Source: the human T2T-CHM13v2.0 reference genome, Homo sapiens
Assembly: GCF_009914755.1 (NCBI RefSeq)
Contig: NC_060938.1
DNA length: 64,000 bases
Direction: 5' to 3' (one strand)
In this document: one piece after another, positions 18,102-36,587 of the stretch
Layout: the number at the start of each line of letters is the position of its first letter
How positions within the stretch are numbered: the stretch's first letter is position 1
The notes under the pieces: generated by a model
Databases searched by the model: none
Seen by the model: only the letters and a program-made list of their open reading frames with translations
What the model was told of the DNA's origin: nothing
Translations under genes and position numbers: made by a program

Positions 18102-19483
18102 CTATTTTTCTCTTTTTGGATAAAGAATTGCCTTTTCTTCATAATTTGAGAAGAAAAAGAATCATGCTCGAAACTCAAAACTCCCATATCTTCCTGCCAC
18201 CAAATCTGCAAATGGACCTGTATCCTCTACCTCTTCCTTCCCATTAAATAATAAAAGCAAGTCTTTTATCGGACCTCCTAACCCCCCAGGTGCACAACAT
18301 CCCATCCCCCTTCTCAGGGACCATGACACCATCGTCTATCCCATCTTGTACAGTTTTAATAGCTATGAAACTGTAGTACTAGGCTAGGTCCAGCCTAGTA
18401 ATACTTAAGCACGCTCTACCATCACTCATCTTAAAACAAGGACACAACAAATAAACCCTTCCTGAACCCCATATAGCTCTCTGGCTAAGTCCCTCTCTTT
18501 AATATCCTCCAGAACCAAGTCTCTCAAAAGTTATCTTCACCTGCATTCACTCCTCAATCCATTCCAATCCGGCTTCTCCCACCAAATCTCCACCAAAATT
18601 GTTCTTGATGAGGCCATTAGGTAGTCAGTCAAATTGATCCCCTGCCACCCCCTAAAGCATCTTTTCTCCTTAGCTTCCAAACACCACAACTTTCCTAGGT
18701 TTTCTCCTGGTTTTTCTTCTGGCTGTTCCTCCTCTGTATCATTTCTTAGCAACTCTTTTTCTATCGATTCCTTTAATTTTGGGAGTTTTTCAGGACTCAA
18801 TTCTGAGTCTTCTTCCTCTCCACTCTAAAATCTCTCCTAAGATGATCTAACCTACTACCTTGGCTTTAAATGTCATCTAATGGTCAATGATGCTAGGATT
18901 TTAATCTGCAACCCAGACCTCTTTTACAAGCTCCTGACCCATATCCTACTGATCCCACTAAGCACAGTGCTTTAGATGGGCCTTGTGGCCAAACTGCTTC
19001 AGTTTCACAACCGATTCTTCTACTTACTTCTTGAGTAACCCTGAACAAGCCGGTGAGCACACTAAGACTCAGTTTTCCTATACGTAGATTGGAAGAAGAA
19101 TAATAATAATTCTCACTTCACTGGGTTGCTGTTTAGGTTAAATGAGTTGATGAAAGCACCTACTATCTAGCACATTATCTATGATTACTTATACCATAGA
19201 AGTCCATCAGAATATGTCAAAGGCATCTCAAACTTACTTTGATAGGTACAAAACTGGATCCTATCTTTTCTGCCCACCCCGATACGCATTTCCCCTGGTT
19301 CACTATCTTCTGTGACTTCTAAGGAGGAATTCTTAGATGACCCCAATGACCCTAGCCTTTGTATAATCTCCTCCCCTTGAGTGAGTGAATATCACGAAAT
19401 CACACACTTGTGATAAAGGGATTTTGCAGATGTAATTATGGTCCTAAATCAACTGACCTTACGATAAGAAAATTATCCAAGTA

Positions 19484-19930
<447 letters not shown>

Positions 19931-20058
19931 CTAACCTAATTACATGAGTCCCTTTAAATCTGTACCTAGAGGTCAGACAGAAGGGGGTTTAGAAGTCAGA
20001 AAGTTAAAGTATGGAAAGGATTTGACACACTTTTACTGGATTAAAGATTGAAGACCCA

Positions 20059-20531
<473 letters not shown>

Positions 20532-20727
20532 TTAGGTCTCATAAGGATTTATAATCTACTAAACTGAGAGCTAATAAATGGATGCTATTACAAGCCACTA
20601 CATTTGTGGTAATTTGTTATGCAGCAATAGAAAATAATTACATCATTTCAATAAACAGCATCTTCAAACACACATTTGTTCCAGCCACAAAACCCCATGT
20701 CAATACAATACCAAGTTCTGCTGATTC

Positions 20728-21030
20728 TTTTTTTTTTTTTTTTTTGAGATGGAGTCTTGCTCAGTCACCCAGGCTGGAGTGCAATCAACGGCGTGATCTT
20801 GGCTCACTGCAACCTCTGTGTCCCAGGTTCAAGCAATTCTCCCACTCAGCCTCCTGAGTAACTGGGATTACAGGCACCTGCCATCATGCCTGGCTAATTT
20901 TTGTATTTTTAGTAGAGATGGGGTTTCGCCGTGTTGGCCAGGCTGGTCTCGAATCTCTGACCTCAGGTGATCTGCCTGCCTTGGCCTCCCAAAGTGCTGG
21001 GATTGCAGGCATGAGCCACCGCGCCTGGCC
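20728..21030 (-). mobile_element. AluSx-like
   Basis: Antisense Alu with TSD tgctgattctt. Confidence 0.92.
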
Positions 21031-22361
21031 TTTGCTGATTCTTATTTCCTAAGTGAATCTCAAACACATTCACAATTGTTAATCTCAATTGTTACCTATT
21101 CTAAACCTTTATATTCCATTTGAATTTCCACAGTAGTTTCCTACCTGGTTTCCCTTCATATAATCTCTATACCCACTCTCCTCACAGAAATAGGAGTCAT
21201 CTTGTTACAAAGCAAAACTAATCTCATCATTCTTCAACTGGAAATCTTTCAATGGCTTCACATGACACTCAATGTCTAAACTCTAGAAACCCCTGCATGA
21301 AATGGCCCTGGCTCCCTTCTCAGCCCCATTTCCTGTGACTCTCCTGCTTGAATGTCACACTCAAGCCAGACACCTTCCTTCCAGTAACTCCAGTGTGCCA
21401 AGCCATTTCCCATTGTGTTGGAAGACCATCTGTGTTGCTTCCTTTGATAGAAAGGCTTTGTCCCCCCGCTCTTCACCCCACAACAACCAGGGCCTCAGCT
21501 TCAACACGACTGCTTCCCAGAAGCTTGCCATCATCCCTTTTGGGTTCTCTCACAGAACTGTGTATTTCTTAACTGAGTTCATCATAATCGCAATCATAGG
21601 GTTAGTTATTTAGTGATTATGTATTTAAGGTCTCTCTCTTAGGTATTATACAATAAGCGTGGCAGCCAGGTCTAATATGCTCCCTACTAAAACCCAGCAT
21701 CTAGTGCAGTGCCAGACACACGGTAGGAATTCAATAAACCCTTATGGGTGAATAAAACTGGCTGTTTTGCCCAACTTATACAAGACAAAATTAGGTCAAA
21801 GTTATGAGTTTGATTTGCATATGGCCCCATTATGTTTGTTCTATTTTAGCCCTAATTATGATGCTTCAATACACACAAGTAACATTAGTATAAAGGTAAA
21901 AAACATAGGTAAAATCATGGGAGTGGGCTAGTGCAAATCTACCGCTAAGACTCTGTTCATGCTGTCTTCATGCAGCATCATATTTAGATAGAAAGTGTGA
22001 CACTATCCTTATTACACATCTTAAATATTTCCTTTAAAAAAATACATAATCTCACTTCAGATTATTATGATGTCATTAGAGGACAGAGTGCTTCAGTTGA
22101 CTGAATTTTCCAGGTAATGATGGAGAATTCTACTTATATAGAAAACCGCATGGTACAAAGACAGACCTGTGTATGATTCTCCACCCTTTTACCTCTAGCA
22201 TTCTTTTAAGTATGCCCCCATTTTATTGTTTATCATTACGTATTTTCTAAAATTAAAAGTGCTTCTAATTAATCAGAGACCTTACTACTTCTCTTTTTCA
22301 AAGAAATATAAAAATAGCATGAACACCATATGACAAAGATTTTATTTAAGAAGCAAAACAG

Positions 22362-22535
22362 GCCCGGCATGGTGGCTTACGCCTGTAATCGCAGCACTTC
22401 TCTGGGAGGCCGAGGCAGGTGGATCACTTGAGCTCAGGAGGTCATTGAGGCTGTAGTGAGCTGTGATCACGTCACTGCACTACAGCCTGGGCAACAGAAC
22501 AAGACCCTGTCTCCAAAAAAAAAAAAAAAAGAAGA
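22362..22535 (+). mobile_element. Monomer-length Alu (FAM/FLAM-like or internally deleted AluJ)
   Basis: About 155-nt body plus A tail; TSD aagaagcaaaaca. Confidence 0.8.
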
Positions 22536-23095
22536 AGAAGCAAAACACTGGACATAAAGTCAAATATCTTCCCATATTTTCCCTACTACTTATGTTTATA
22601 TATAAATGTACTTATTTAATTATATGTTTACCTAATCCTTGCCTTGGTCCAGAAAAGATGTAAGGCAAATTACCAGCATTAATTAAACCATAAGAAAATA
22701 AGAAGAAAGAACAAGGGCACAAAACACTGCCAGGATAAGACTCAATATGCATGCCAAACCATACTTCTAAGTGGTGTAGGCCTGAGATTTGACACTTTCT
22801 AACCACCAACTTGGTAAGAGGTCTGCTCAGCCACCCACTTCAGAGCACTCCTATGAAAAACAGAACAGCTGGTCAAAAGCAGCACAGCTAGCCTTGGTGC
22901 TAAGATCAGAAAGGAATGTCTCCCTGCAGATTCATTAGAGAAGACACCATTCTACTTCTACAAAGAATGACACGTGTTACCATTTTCTGGCAAAACAGTT
23001 GTTTAAATAACTGACTGCTTCACATTCTGTTATCACCCTTAGTCACCCATATCTTGGGGCAAAATTATCTCCTGGTTAATCCAATCTTAGTAAGT

Positions 23096-23602
23096 TGTAT
23101 TAGTTTCCTGTAACTGCGGTAGAAAATTAACATAAACCTCACGGCTTACTAACACCACAAATTCGTTTTCTTATAGTTCTGGAGATCAAAAGTCTGAAAC
23201 TGGATCTCATGGAGCTAAAATCAAGGTGACAGCAGAGATGTGTTCCTTTTGGATATTCTAGGTGAAAATCTGTTCCCCTGCTTCTAGAGGCTGTCTGCAT
23301 TCCTTAGCTCATGGCCTCCCTTCCAGCAATGGCATCACTGATCTGTTTCCTCATATCTCCTCCTCTTTTTCTCTGCTTCATCTTCACATCACCTTCTCTG
23401 ACTCTGGCCCTCCTGTCTCCCTCTTACAAGAACTCTTGTGATTTCATTGAGCCCACATGGATTACCCAAAATAATCTCCCCATCTCAGGATACTTAATCA
23501 CATCTGCAAGGTCTCTTTTGCCATGTAAGACAACATGTTTGCGGGTTCCAGGGATTAGGATGTGGGTATCTTGGGGGAGTGGTCATTATTCAGCCTACCA
23601 CA
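23096..23602 (-). mobile_element. MLT1-type MaLR solo LTR
   Basis: tgtattagtttcctg...gggattaggatgtgggtatctt...attattcagcctaccaca. Confidence 0.8.
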
Positions 23603-24799
23603 CAAGCCTTCATCATGTATTTGCTTGAAGCTACCTAAATTGTAAGAATAGTACTAGGAAAATCTACATAACAGTAAGAGCCACAAGTGGAAAACTTAAA
23701 ACATTTTTAAAATACAAGAATTAATGATATAATTATTTTAAGTACCAAATTCACTTTCTATATTCCAGAAAATAGGATATACAAAAATATTATTTACGCA
23801 GTTTTTGCCAAAAACACACTGACTATATAAAAAGAAGCACACCTACACAAAAACTTGAGTGTGAAATAAAATAACTGCAATACCCCAAGCACTATACTAA
23901 AAATCAGGAACTTTACTTCCTCATTCTCCCTGCAGTCACAGGGGAGGATGCCTACTGAATACTTTTTTAAAAAAGAAAGAAAGAAAAAAGTGAGACAGCC
24001 AGCTCACTCACAACTTTAGGAGTATATAAAATAGAACTTCTGTGATTTTTGGAGGAATAGCTAGCTACACTTGAACCGAGAGGGACACTGCTAGAAACAA
24101 ACATAATGAGGCCAAGGTTCTATTTTAGACCCTATTCATCTTCCCTGAAAAACAAGATGAATGTAGGAGTGATCATACCTTTGAGGTGCACAGAGAGATC
24201 TGTAAATCATGATGGGAGCTCAAAGGAGATAACTGTGACAACCCCTCCCTCCCACAGCACTTTAGGATTGACATCTCTCAACAGTGTATTTAATTGTGAA
24301 GCTTCAACTAACACATGATGTTATTATGTTAGATTTTCCCTAGAGCAGTTTTCACCAAGAATCAGCTTCTTTTTCACAGGGAAGAATTCAATCCTGTTCA
24401 TCAAACCACTTGTGTCTCCAGGAAGCTGAGGCTTCAGAATATTTCCTTGCTTTGGAGCAGAGGTTAATGTTGGGTCTGATACAGTATTAGACTTAACATC
24501 TGAGGCTTTTCCCCGCTACAGACTACAAATACAAACTATACCTGAATCCCCCTTGACAGAAGGGATAAGATGTCACCTTCTTTGACCCATTAGATCATTT
24601 TCTTAATCTCTAAAATTCATGGTAGAAAGTTAAGAAGGGATTTTCTTTTAAGGTCTAGGCACTAGGGAACCAAATTAGAGTACTGTTAATAATCTATTCA
24701 TATTTTAACCATCCCAATGTATCCTATAAACAAAAGATAGAGCACAAGTTCTTCCTACTCTTCTCAAAGTGAGGAAAATGTGAAAAAAAGAGACAAGTC

Positions 24800-25103
24800 G
24801 GCCGGGCGCGGTGGCTCACGCCTGTAATCCCACCACTTTGGGAGGCTGAGGTGGGTGGATCACAAGGTCAGGAGATCGAGACCATCCTGGCTAACACGGT
24901 GAAACCCCATCTCTACTAAAAAATACAAAAAATTAGCTAGGCATGGTGGCGGGCGCCTGTAGTCCCAGCTACTCGGGAGGCTGAGGCAGGAGAATGGCGT
25001 GAACCAAGGAAGCGGAGCTTGCCGTGAGCTGAGAGCTCGCCACTGTATTCCAGCCTGGGCGACAGAGCAAGACTCTGTCTCAAAAAAAAAGAAAAAAGAA
25101 AAA
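24800..25103 (+). mobile_element. AluY
   Basis: AluY diagnostics (gagatcgagaccatcctggctaacacggtg; gaatggcgtgaacc), CpG-rich, TSD aaaaagagacaagt. Confidence 0.93.
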
Positions 25104-25151
25104 AGAGACAAGTACTACAAAAAAAGTACAAACACACAACACACACATATT

Positions 25152-25481
25152 CAGTATGCGTTGCTTAACAATGAGAACATGTTCTGAGAAACATCATTAG
25201 GTGATTTCATGGTTGCACAAACACCATAGAGTTTACTTACACAAACCTAGATGGTATAGGTTACTACACACCTGGTATATGGTATATAGCCTATTGTTCC
25301 AAGGCTATAAGCCTGTACAGCATGCTACTGTACTGAATACCATAGGCAACTGTAAAACAATTTTAAGTATTTGTGTATCTAACCAGAGAAAGAGTAGAGT
25401 AAAAATACAGTAACGCAATTTCATTGACCACAATCTACATGCAGTCTGCCATTGACCAAAATGTCATTATGCAGCTCATGA
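25152..25481. mobile_element. Tigger3a-like DNA transposon relic
   Basis: cagtatgcgttgcttaac...tacttacacaaacctagatggtatag...ttgaccaaaatgtcattatgcagctcatga. Confidence 0.8.
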
Positions 25482-25577
25482 ATATATACATTTACATATG
25501 TATAGTATAAAAAGGAGAGCTGCACTGTACTCATACATAACTACAACTGTCACTGAAATCTTTCAAAGTTTCTTACT

Positions 25578-26195
<618 letters not shown>

Positions 26196-26414
26196 CGGCT
26201 TGCTTTTGTAAGCTATGTTTGTTTAAAAAAATAAAAATAAAAAAAAAGCAAGTATCTTATTGGAACTAATAGTTATGTTTCTTAAAAGCTAATTACAAAT
26301 CAAATCATTATTAATGGAACCACATTCAAAAAGCAGCAGGGAACTGTTGTTTTTCAACAGATCCAACATGAATCCTTTGGTAAAACAGGATGATCTTTTA
26401 AAGTAAATCATAGG

Positions 26415-27382
<968 letters not shown>

Positions 27383-27620
27383 TAGGATCGGGAAAAGACA
27401 AGGAACTAACTTTGTCTATACCAGAATTTCCATGGAAATGCCACAGAAGAGCTTTAATGCTCGTAAATACTTTGATTATAACTCAGTCCATCACCTTTAC
27501 TTTATGAATCAAAAAACTTGGGCTCAGAAAGGCAAAATGACTTATCCCAGGTCATATAGCAAATTAGGGGCTGACTTAGAACTACAGTCCACTCCCTACC
27601 TCTGTTAAATCTTTACTTAA

Positions 27621-28296
27621 GGCCAGATGCAGTGGCTCATGCCTGTAATCCCAGCACTTTGGGAGGCCCAGGCAGATGGATCATCTGAGGTAAGGAGTTC
27701 AAGACCAGCCTGGCCAACATGGCAAAACCCCATCTCTACTAAAAAAAAAAAAAAAAAAAAAAAAAAATTACCTGGGTATGGTAGTGGGTGCCTGTAATCC
27801 CAGCCACTTGGGAGGCTGAGGCAGGAGAATCACTTGAACCCAGGAGGCGGAGGTTATAGTGAGCCGAGATCAGCACCACACTCCAGCCTGGGCAACAGAG
27901 TAGACTCGTCTCTTAAAAAAAAAAAAAAAAAACAGATTTACTTAAGAGATTGTAAATATGGATACCACTAATCAAATAGATAAGATCTTTAGGCAAGCGC
28001 GGTGGCTCAAGCCTGTAATCCCAGTACTTTGGGAGGCCAAGGCGGATGGATCATGAGGTCAGGAGATCGAGACCGTCCTGGCTAACACGATGAAACCCCG
28101 TCTCTACTAAAAGTACAAAAAAAAAAAAAAGTTAGCTGGGCGTGGTGGCAGGTGCCTGTAGTCCCAGCTACTTGGGAGGCTGAGGCAGGAGAAATGGCGT
28201 GAACCCAGGAGGCAGAGCTGGCAGTGAGCGGAGTTCGCGTCACTGTACTCCAGCCTGGGAACAGAGCGAGACTCCATCTCCAAAAAAAAAAAAAAA
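27621..28296 (+). mobile_element. Two Alus (AluS 27621-27930, AluY 27991-28296)
   Basis: Alu consensus with elongated middle A tracts. Confidence 0.9.
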
Positions 28297-28369
28297 GAAG
28301 CTCTTTAGTTGGTGACAGAACTCAATCAAGAATATTTTGGGGAGACTAGACAGAGGTATCACCAAAAAA

Positions 28370-30940
<2,571 letters not shown>

Positions 30941-30942
30941 TT

Positions 30943-31612
30943 GCCGGGCAGGTTGGCTCACACCCGTAATCTCAGTACTTTGGGAGGCCCAGGTGGGATG
31001 ATCTCTTGAGCCCAGGAGTTGGAGACCAGTGTGAGCATAATGAGATCCTGTCTCTACAAAAAAATAATAAATTAGCCAGGTGTGGTGGTGCATGCCCGTA
31101 GTCCCAGAGTTACTCAGGAGGCTGAGGCAGGAGGATCTCTTGAGCCTAGGAGTTTGAAATTATAGTGAGCCATGATCGCACCACTGCACTCCAGCCTGGA
31201 TAGATTCCGTCTCTAAAAAAACAAAACAACAACAAAAGACATGGCATGGTAGGTTCCACCTCGCTGTCTCTCAGATCACTTGTTTTTGGGGAAACCAGCT
31301 GCCTGTCATGAGAATGCTCAAGCCACGCTATGGAGAGGCCCACATGGCAAGGAACCTGCCAACATGTGAGTAAGCCATCTCGGAAGGGGAATCACTAGAC
31401 CCAGACAAGTCTTCAGGTGACTGCAGTCCTGGCCAACACCTTGACTTCAACTTCATGAGGGTCTCTGAGTTAGAATCAAGAAGCTTCCTGTGTTAATTCA
31501 CTTAGGATTAAAAAAAAGAACCAATAAGCTAAGCCACTCCTAAATTCCTGACCCACACAAATCATGTTGTTTAAGCCACTAAGGTTTGGAATAATTTGTT
31601 ACACCACAATAC
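30943..31612 (+). mobile_element. AluJ (30943-31235) followed by an MLT1-type LTR fragment
   Basis: Alu consensus; MLT1 motifs gagaggcccacatggcaaggaac and gtttaagccactaaggtttggaataatttgttacac. Confidence 0.75.
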
Positions 31613-32232
31613 ATAAACTTCCTCGACCTTCTCCTCAATGTTAGGCTCTCTCTCCTAATAACAGGCATCTAAGTAAATGTCTTCCCAGCAACTCCTCCTC
31701 TTCTTAGAGTTTAGTTTTATCCCTATCCATGTTTACAGAAATTGCTGCCATGTTACAAAAACATGATCCCATCCCCTGGCTTTAGGTGAATGATCCAAAA
31801 GTGGATACCTCACCAAAGGCAGGCCAAAAAAGTCCTTCCCTGAGATCTTTATAACTGAAGCTGAGAAGGCGGCGGTGTCTTTTCAGTAGTGGAAGCTGTA
31901 GGATGTAAAACTTGCAGTCTATCAACAGCATGATCTTTCCCATGTGGGAAAAGTGGCACAGTAGTGGGGAAGAATAAAGCCATCACATAGTGACAAGCAG
32001 AGATTCAAGGTGGACAAAATACAGACAATGCTAAGTTTCTGCTTCCAATGGTTCCTGATGCAACCCAGTTCTTCCAGTGGACAGACCATACATGTCCTAT
32101 CATCCAAGCATCTAAAATCGCACCCAGTATGTAAGAGGAAATAAAATACTTACTAAATAAGTGGGTAAGATAACCCAATCTCCTTCCAATAATATCCTTT
32201 TTGTTATTGTTGTTGAAGATTTGATTATTTGA

Positions 32233-32596
<364 letters not shown>

Positions 32597-33199
32597 TAAT
32601 TACTGGTTTATATGGCCTCCTCCCCTACTACTAGAGGGCGGGACATTTTCTTAGACATACATTCAAGAAATGTATGTTTAAGTGATCTGTTCAATCCTAT
32701 ACTCTGCATTCTTCAGCTTTTACAGTCACTGTCATCCACTTATCAACCACCTAACATCTGCAAGGCACTGGTAATACAATAAACTTACTAGACTTGCTCC
32801 TGGATTCTCATGCATTCAGTGAATCCATTCAACAAATATTAAGTACCTACTATATGCCAGGGGCTGCAAATAAACAAAGGACATGGTGTCTGCCTGCCTG
32901 CCTGCCCTCAAGGACCTTACAGTCTAATCTGTATTAGACTGTAATACAAGTAAATGGACTATTATAGTACCGTGTGTTAACTGTTACTGAAGAGATCCAC
33001 ACAGGCTGCTGAGCAGCCGCAAAGATTATGGCGAATTTACACTCTACATGAGAAGACTGGACATATACAGAAAAAGATAACAGCCAGGCAATGTGACATA
33101 GGCTAAACACTAAATGAGTGATTTGTTTCCCAAATTACACTGGATTAATTCACACACTTCAAGATAAGATACTATTATGGAATGATTTTTATATATACA

Positions 33200-33395
33200 T
33201 TCAACCAACATTTCCTAAGGGCCCACTATATGCCAAGCAACCCGCTTAGCACTTTTCCAACAGTGTCTCATTCAATTCTCACATTTTATAGATTAAAGAT
33301 GTGAATCTGAAAGGGTGAAGTGACTTGCCGATGTCTACATATTAAGCTGCAGAGACGGGATTTAGAATCATGTCTTCCAACTCCATGTCCTTTCA
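33200..33395 (-). mobile_element. MIR
   Basis: cattttatagattaaagatgtgaatctgaaagggtgaagtgacttgcc. Confidence 0.65.
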
Positions 33396-34430
33396 TGGGA
33401 CGTTTTTTGCTTTTTCATTCATCCTATGGAATACAATAAAGTGTTCTGCACAAATGAGCCACCACCAACTGCCAGCCTGATATAACTAGATGCTTATCTA
33501 CATTCTGAGACGGGACCATATCAGATCAAATTACTCTGGTGCCTATTATAGATCATGTGCTGAAAGAAGTGCAGTTGGCTGAAGATGAGCAACTCTTTCA
33601 AGTTATATTTTAACAGTGTTTTTGACCACTATATCCGGTCAGTTGTTCCAGTGTTCAGTAATAAATCAAAATGATTGTTCGTTTCCTTTGACAGTTAACA
33701 GTACTAATGAATTCAGTATAATCTCACCATCCATCAGAAAAATTTCTAAAATGCGAACTTGAAGCTGATGATTCACACAGTTAGAAGAGAGGGGGAAATA
33801 AAGCAGTACTCATTGTTTTCTACAAAACTAGCATTGTTTGCAAAATCCAGAAACCAAGCAGTTGGTTAACTACTAATAACAAGCAGGTTGCTCCTTGGTC
33901 ATTTAGCAAAAAGCTGCTTGTTGCACCACAGTCGATGGCTGAGAAGCATATGACTTCAAGTAGCTTTTGCTGTACAGTAGGATTCCATACATATAAATCA
34001 GTGGATCGTTATGTAAGACAAGAAAAAAATTCAAAATCTTCACACCAGAAAGCACCTGACACTGAGTGTGGCACAAATCCGAATAAATGTATACTGAGTA
34101 AACCATGTCAGGGTCTTTTGAAAATATCAGTTGTCTATGAAATTGAGAGAAGAAAAACCAAATCACCTGAATTCATACAGGTTATGTTAGGAACTCAAAA
34201 ATATGGAACAGCTGGCTCAAGATGTATAACAGATTCACAATGACCAAAAAAACAATGTTTACAAATGTTGAATTAAGAAGCATGAATTTGACATCTCTCT
34301 TGAATTAAGTCACCACACTGGCACCCAATGGAATGCTTATAGGCAATCTCAGTAGAAATAACAAAAACTGAAAGAACTGACGGACAGAGCTAACTTTCCA
34401 ATCTGTTCAAAACAGAAACAAGATGTACTA

Positions 34431-34841
<411 letters not shown>

Positions 34842-35774
34842 TCACAAACATATCTAGTAATAACGAACGACTCATTAAAATGTACTATCTGTTCAGAGAA
34901 AAAAGTATTAATATATCTACAATACGAGACTGGGCTCCAAGAATATAAATCCAAATTGTACTGATTGGTCTGAATAAGCATTTTCCAAAATGAACAACCT
35001 GAACCTACACCACGAATACATTTAATTAGTTATAAAGCTTAGGACAACGCTAGTGATCTCAAACATTAGAACGTAAGCGCTGAAGCCTGCTCGTTAGTTC
35101 CTTTTACCTGGAGCTTTAAATTTCTAAAGCCATCATCTCCAGGGACCTCTGAAGGAAATTCAAGGCCAAGTATAGTATTTCATGATAAGTGAGAATAAAG
35201 GCACTCAATCCCTGGAGCCGGCGATTCCTGTTCCTGTCTCTAGACTGGACTCGGTAAAAGCCCGAGGCGAAACCTCCCGTTTATCTCCTACAGGACCCCA
35301 GCACCTTAGGGGATGGCTCCACAGAGCCCCACCGGGACCCCCCATCGCGGGGACCAGAGGGGCGGAGGAGGGAGACACTCTCCAAAACAAAGCGCCGCTC
35401 GCCCCACGCGGAGGCAGGCGCACCTTTCGCCCTGACAGGACGCAGACACACGTGTGTCACCTGTGCGGGAAGGGGGAGCAGCGACATCCTCGGAGGTGCG
35501 TGCCACGGGCAGCGGTCGGCGGCTGCGCTGGCCCCGATGCCTGGTGCCCGCCGCTCATTCCCGGGCTGGGGAAAACTTTCGGCCGCCTCCCCCAAGGCGC
35601 GCCCCCACCTCCCGGGACCCCCGGGGCACGCGCCCCGACCGCGACGCCCCGCCCCAGGCCCGCCCCTCCGCGCCCACGGCTGCGGCCCCGCGCCCCCAGC
35701 CCCGCGCGGGCACCCGCGTGCCCTCAGGCGCGCCCCCGCGCCGGGCCCGGCCGGCAGAGGGCGGGGTCGCTCAC

Positions 35775-35877
35775 CAGTCCGCAGCTCGTGCTTGACAGTG
35801 AGGAGCTGCTCTCCTCCGTCGCCGCCGTCCGCGCTGGTCCCCGCGGCGCCGCCGCTGCTGCCACCCTCCTCCTCCAT
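35775..35877 (-). CDS. RPS6KA5: Ribosomal protein S6 kinase alpha-5 (MSK1), coding part of exon 1 (103 nt, ends in phase 1)
   Basis: Translates to MEEEGGSSGGAAGTSADGGDGGEQLLTVKHELRT, which I recognise as the human MSK1 N-terminus. ATG at 35877 is in strong Kozak context (gagaagATGG). Donor ACTG|GTGAGC lies at 35775/35774, inside a CpG island. Confidence 0.96.
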
Positions 35878-36090
35878 CTTCTCCTTTTTTTCCGATCCCG
35901 CGGGTCGCTACGAGGGGAACCCAGGAGACAGCGGACGCCCGTCCCCTCGCAGCCGCTGCCGCGGCCCCAGGAGTCGGGGTGCGGCGGCTCCAGAACTCGG
36001 ACGCAAAGACGAGTCTCTTTCCCGCTCTGGCCGCACGGCTCGCTCCTCGCCTCCTCCCCCTTCGGCGGGCACCGCTAGTACCGCGCAACC
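35878..36090 (-). other. RPS6KA5: RPS6KA5 5' UTR of exon 1 (start site approximate)
   Basis: GC-rich stretch upstream of the ATG with no minus-strand ATG until 36160. It lies just downstream of the CCAAT cluster. The exact TSS cannot be determined from sequence. Confidence 0.6.
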
Positions 36091-36144
36091 AAACCGCCCC
36101 CTGCTCCACCGCCGCCTCCTCAGGCCGCTCCGCCCACAGCCAGC

Positions 36145-36153
36145 AAGGTAAGG
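36145..36153 (+). other. DGLUCY: Strong 5' splice site (AAG|GTAAGG) ending a probable first exon of a plus-strand transcript, possibly a long 5' isoform of DGLUCY
   Basis: Near-consensus donor inside the CpG island, facing away from RPS6KA5. The gene name rests on my recollection that DGLUCY/C14orf159 is the head-to-head neighbour. No DGLUCY coding sequence is visible here. Confidence 0.45.
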
Positions 36154-36177
36154 GAGCCATTCGAGCCGCCTTCGCTG

Positions 36178-36587
36178 ATTGGACACAGGGCGCGCGCGTC
36201 TGCCAACGCCGGTTCCCATTGGGCAGTACGCTGTGACGTTTCACGAGCCTCCCCGCCTCGCTCCTCGAATTGTTGTTGCTTGGCGGGGAGGCAGGAGAGG
36301 GAGGAGCGCCGCCACTCCGATTGGTGAGACCCAAAGCTCTGCCCCGCCCATTTCCTCTGGTGCGCACTCGCAGTCAAGACCTTCCCTTCCCTGACCTCCC
36401 CAGAACGGTCACACCCCTTATTCCCCAGCTTCGATCTGTTAGTAAACAGTGTCTAGTAGTCAGGAGGCGCTCGGGGTCTCTGATTGGCTACTGCCGAAAG
36501 AGGCGGGGAGGGATGATTGGAACGTTTGGTCCGCCAATCACCGTGGACAGAGGAGGGGCCTGGAGGGTAGCGCTTATCACCCACGTG
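36178..36587. promoter_or_regulatory. Proximal promoter motif cluster (NF-Y, Sp/KLF, CRE-like, NRF1-like, E-box)
   Basis: ATTGG at 36178, 36218, 36320, 36483 and 36516; CCAAT at 36534. TGACGTTTCA at 36234-36243, GCCCCGCCC at 36341-36349, TGCGCACTCGCA at 36361-36372, CACGTG at 36582-36587. Confidence 0.7.

Noticed and set aside
35281-35774. Continuation of the 198-aa minus-strand ORF beyond ...HELRT
   Set aside because: Read-through into intron 1 past the GTGAGC donor; it is not MSK1 sequence.
35182-36078. 298-aa plus-strand ORF and other long ORFs across the CpG island
   Set aside because: Pro/Arg/Ala/Gly-rich shadow frames expected in stop-poor GC-rich DNA, antisense to RPS6KA5 exon 1, with no recognisable domain.
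36534-36546. ER-stress element suggested by CCAAT next to CGTGG
   Set aside because: Spacing and orientation fit neither ERSE (CCAAT-N9-CCACG) nor ERSE-II (ATTGG-N-CCACG).
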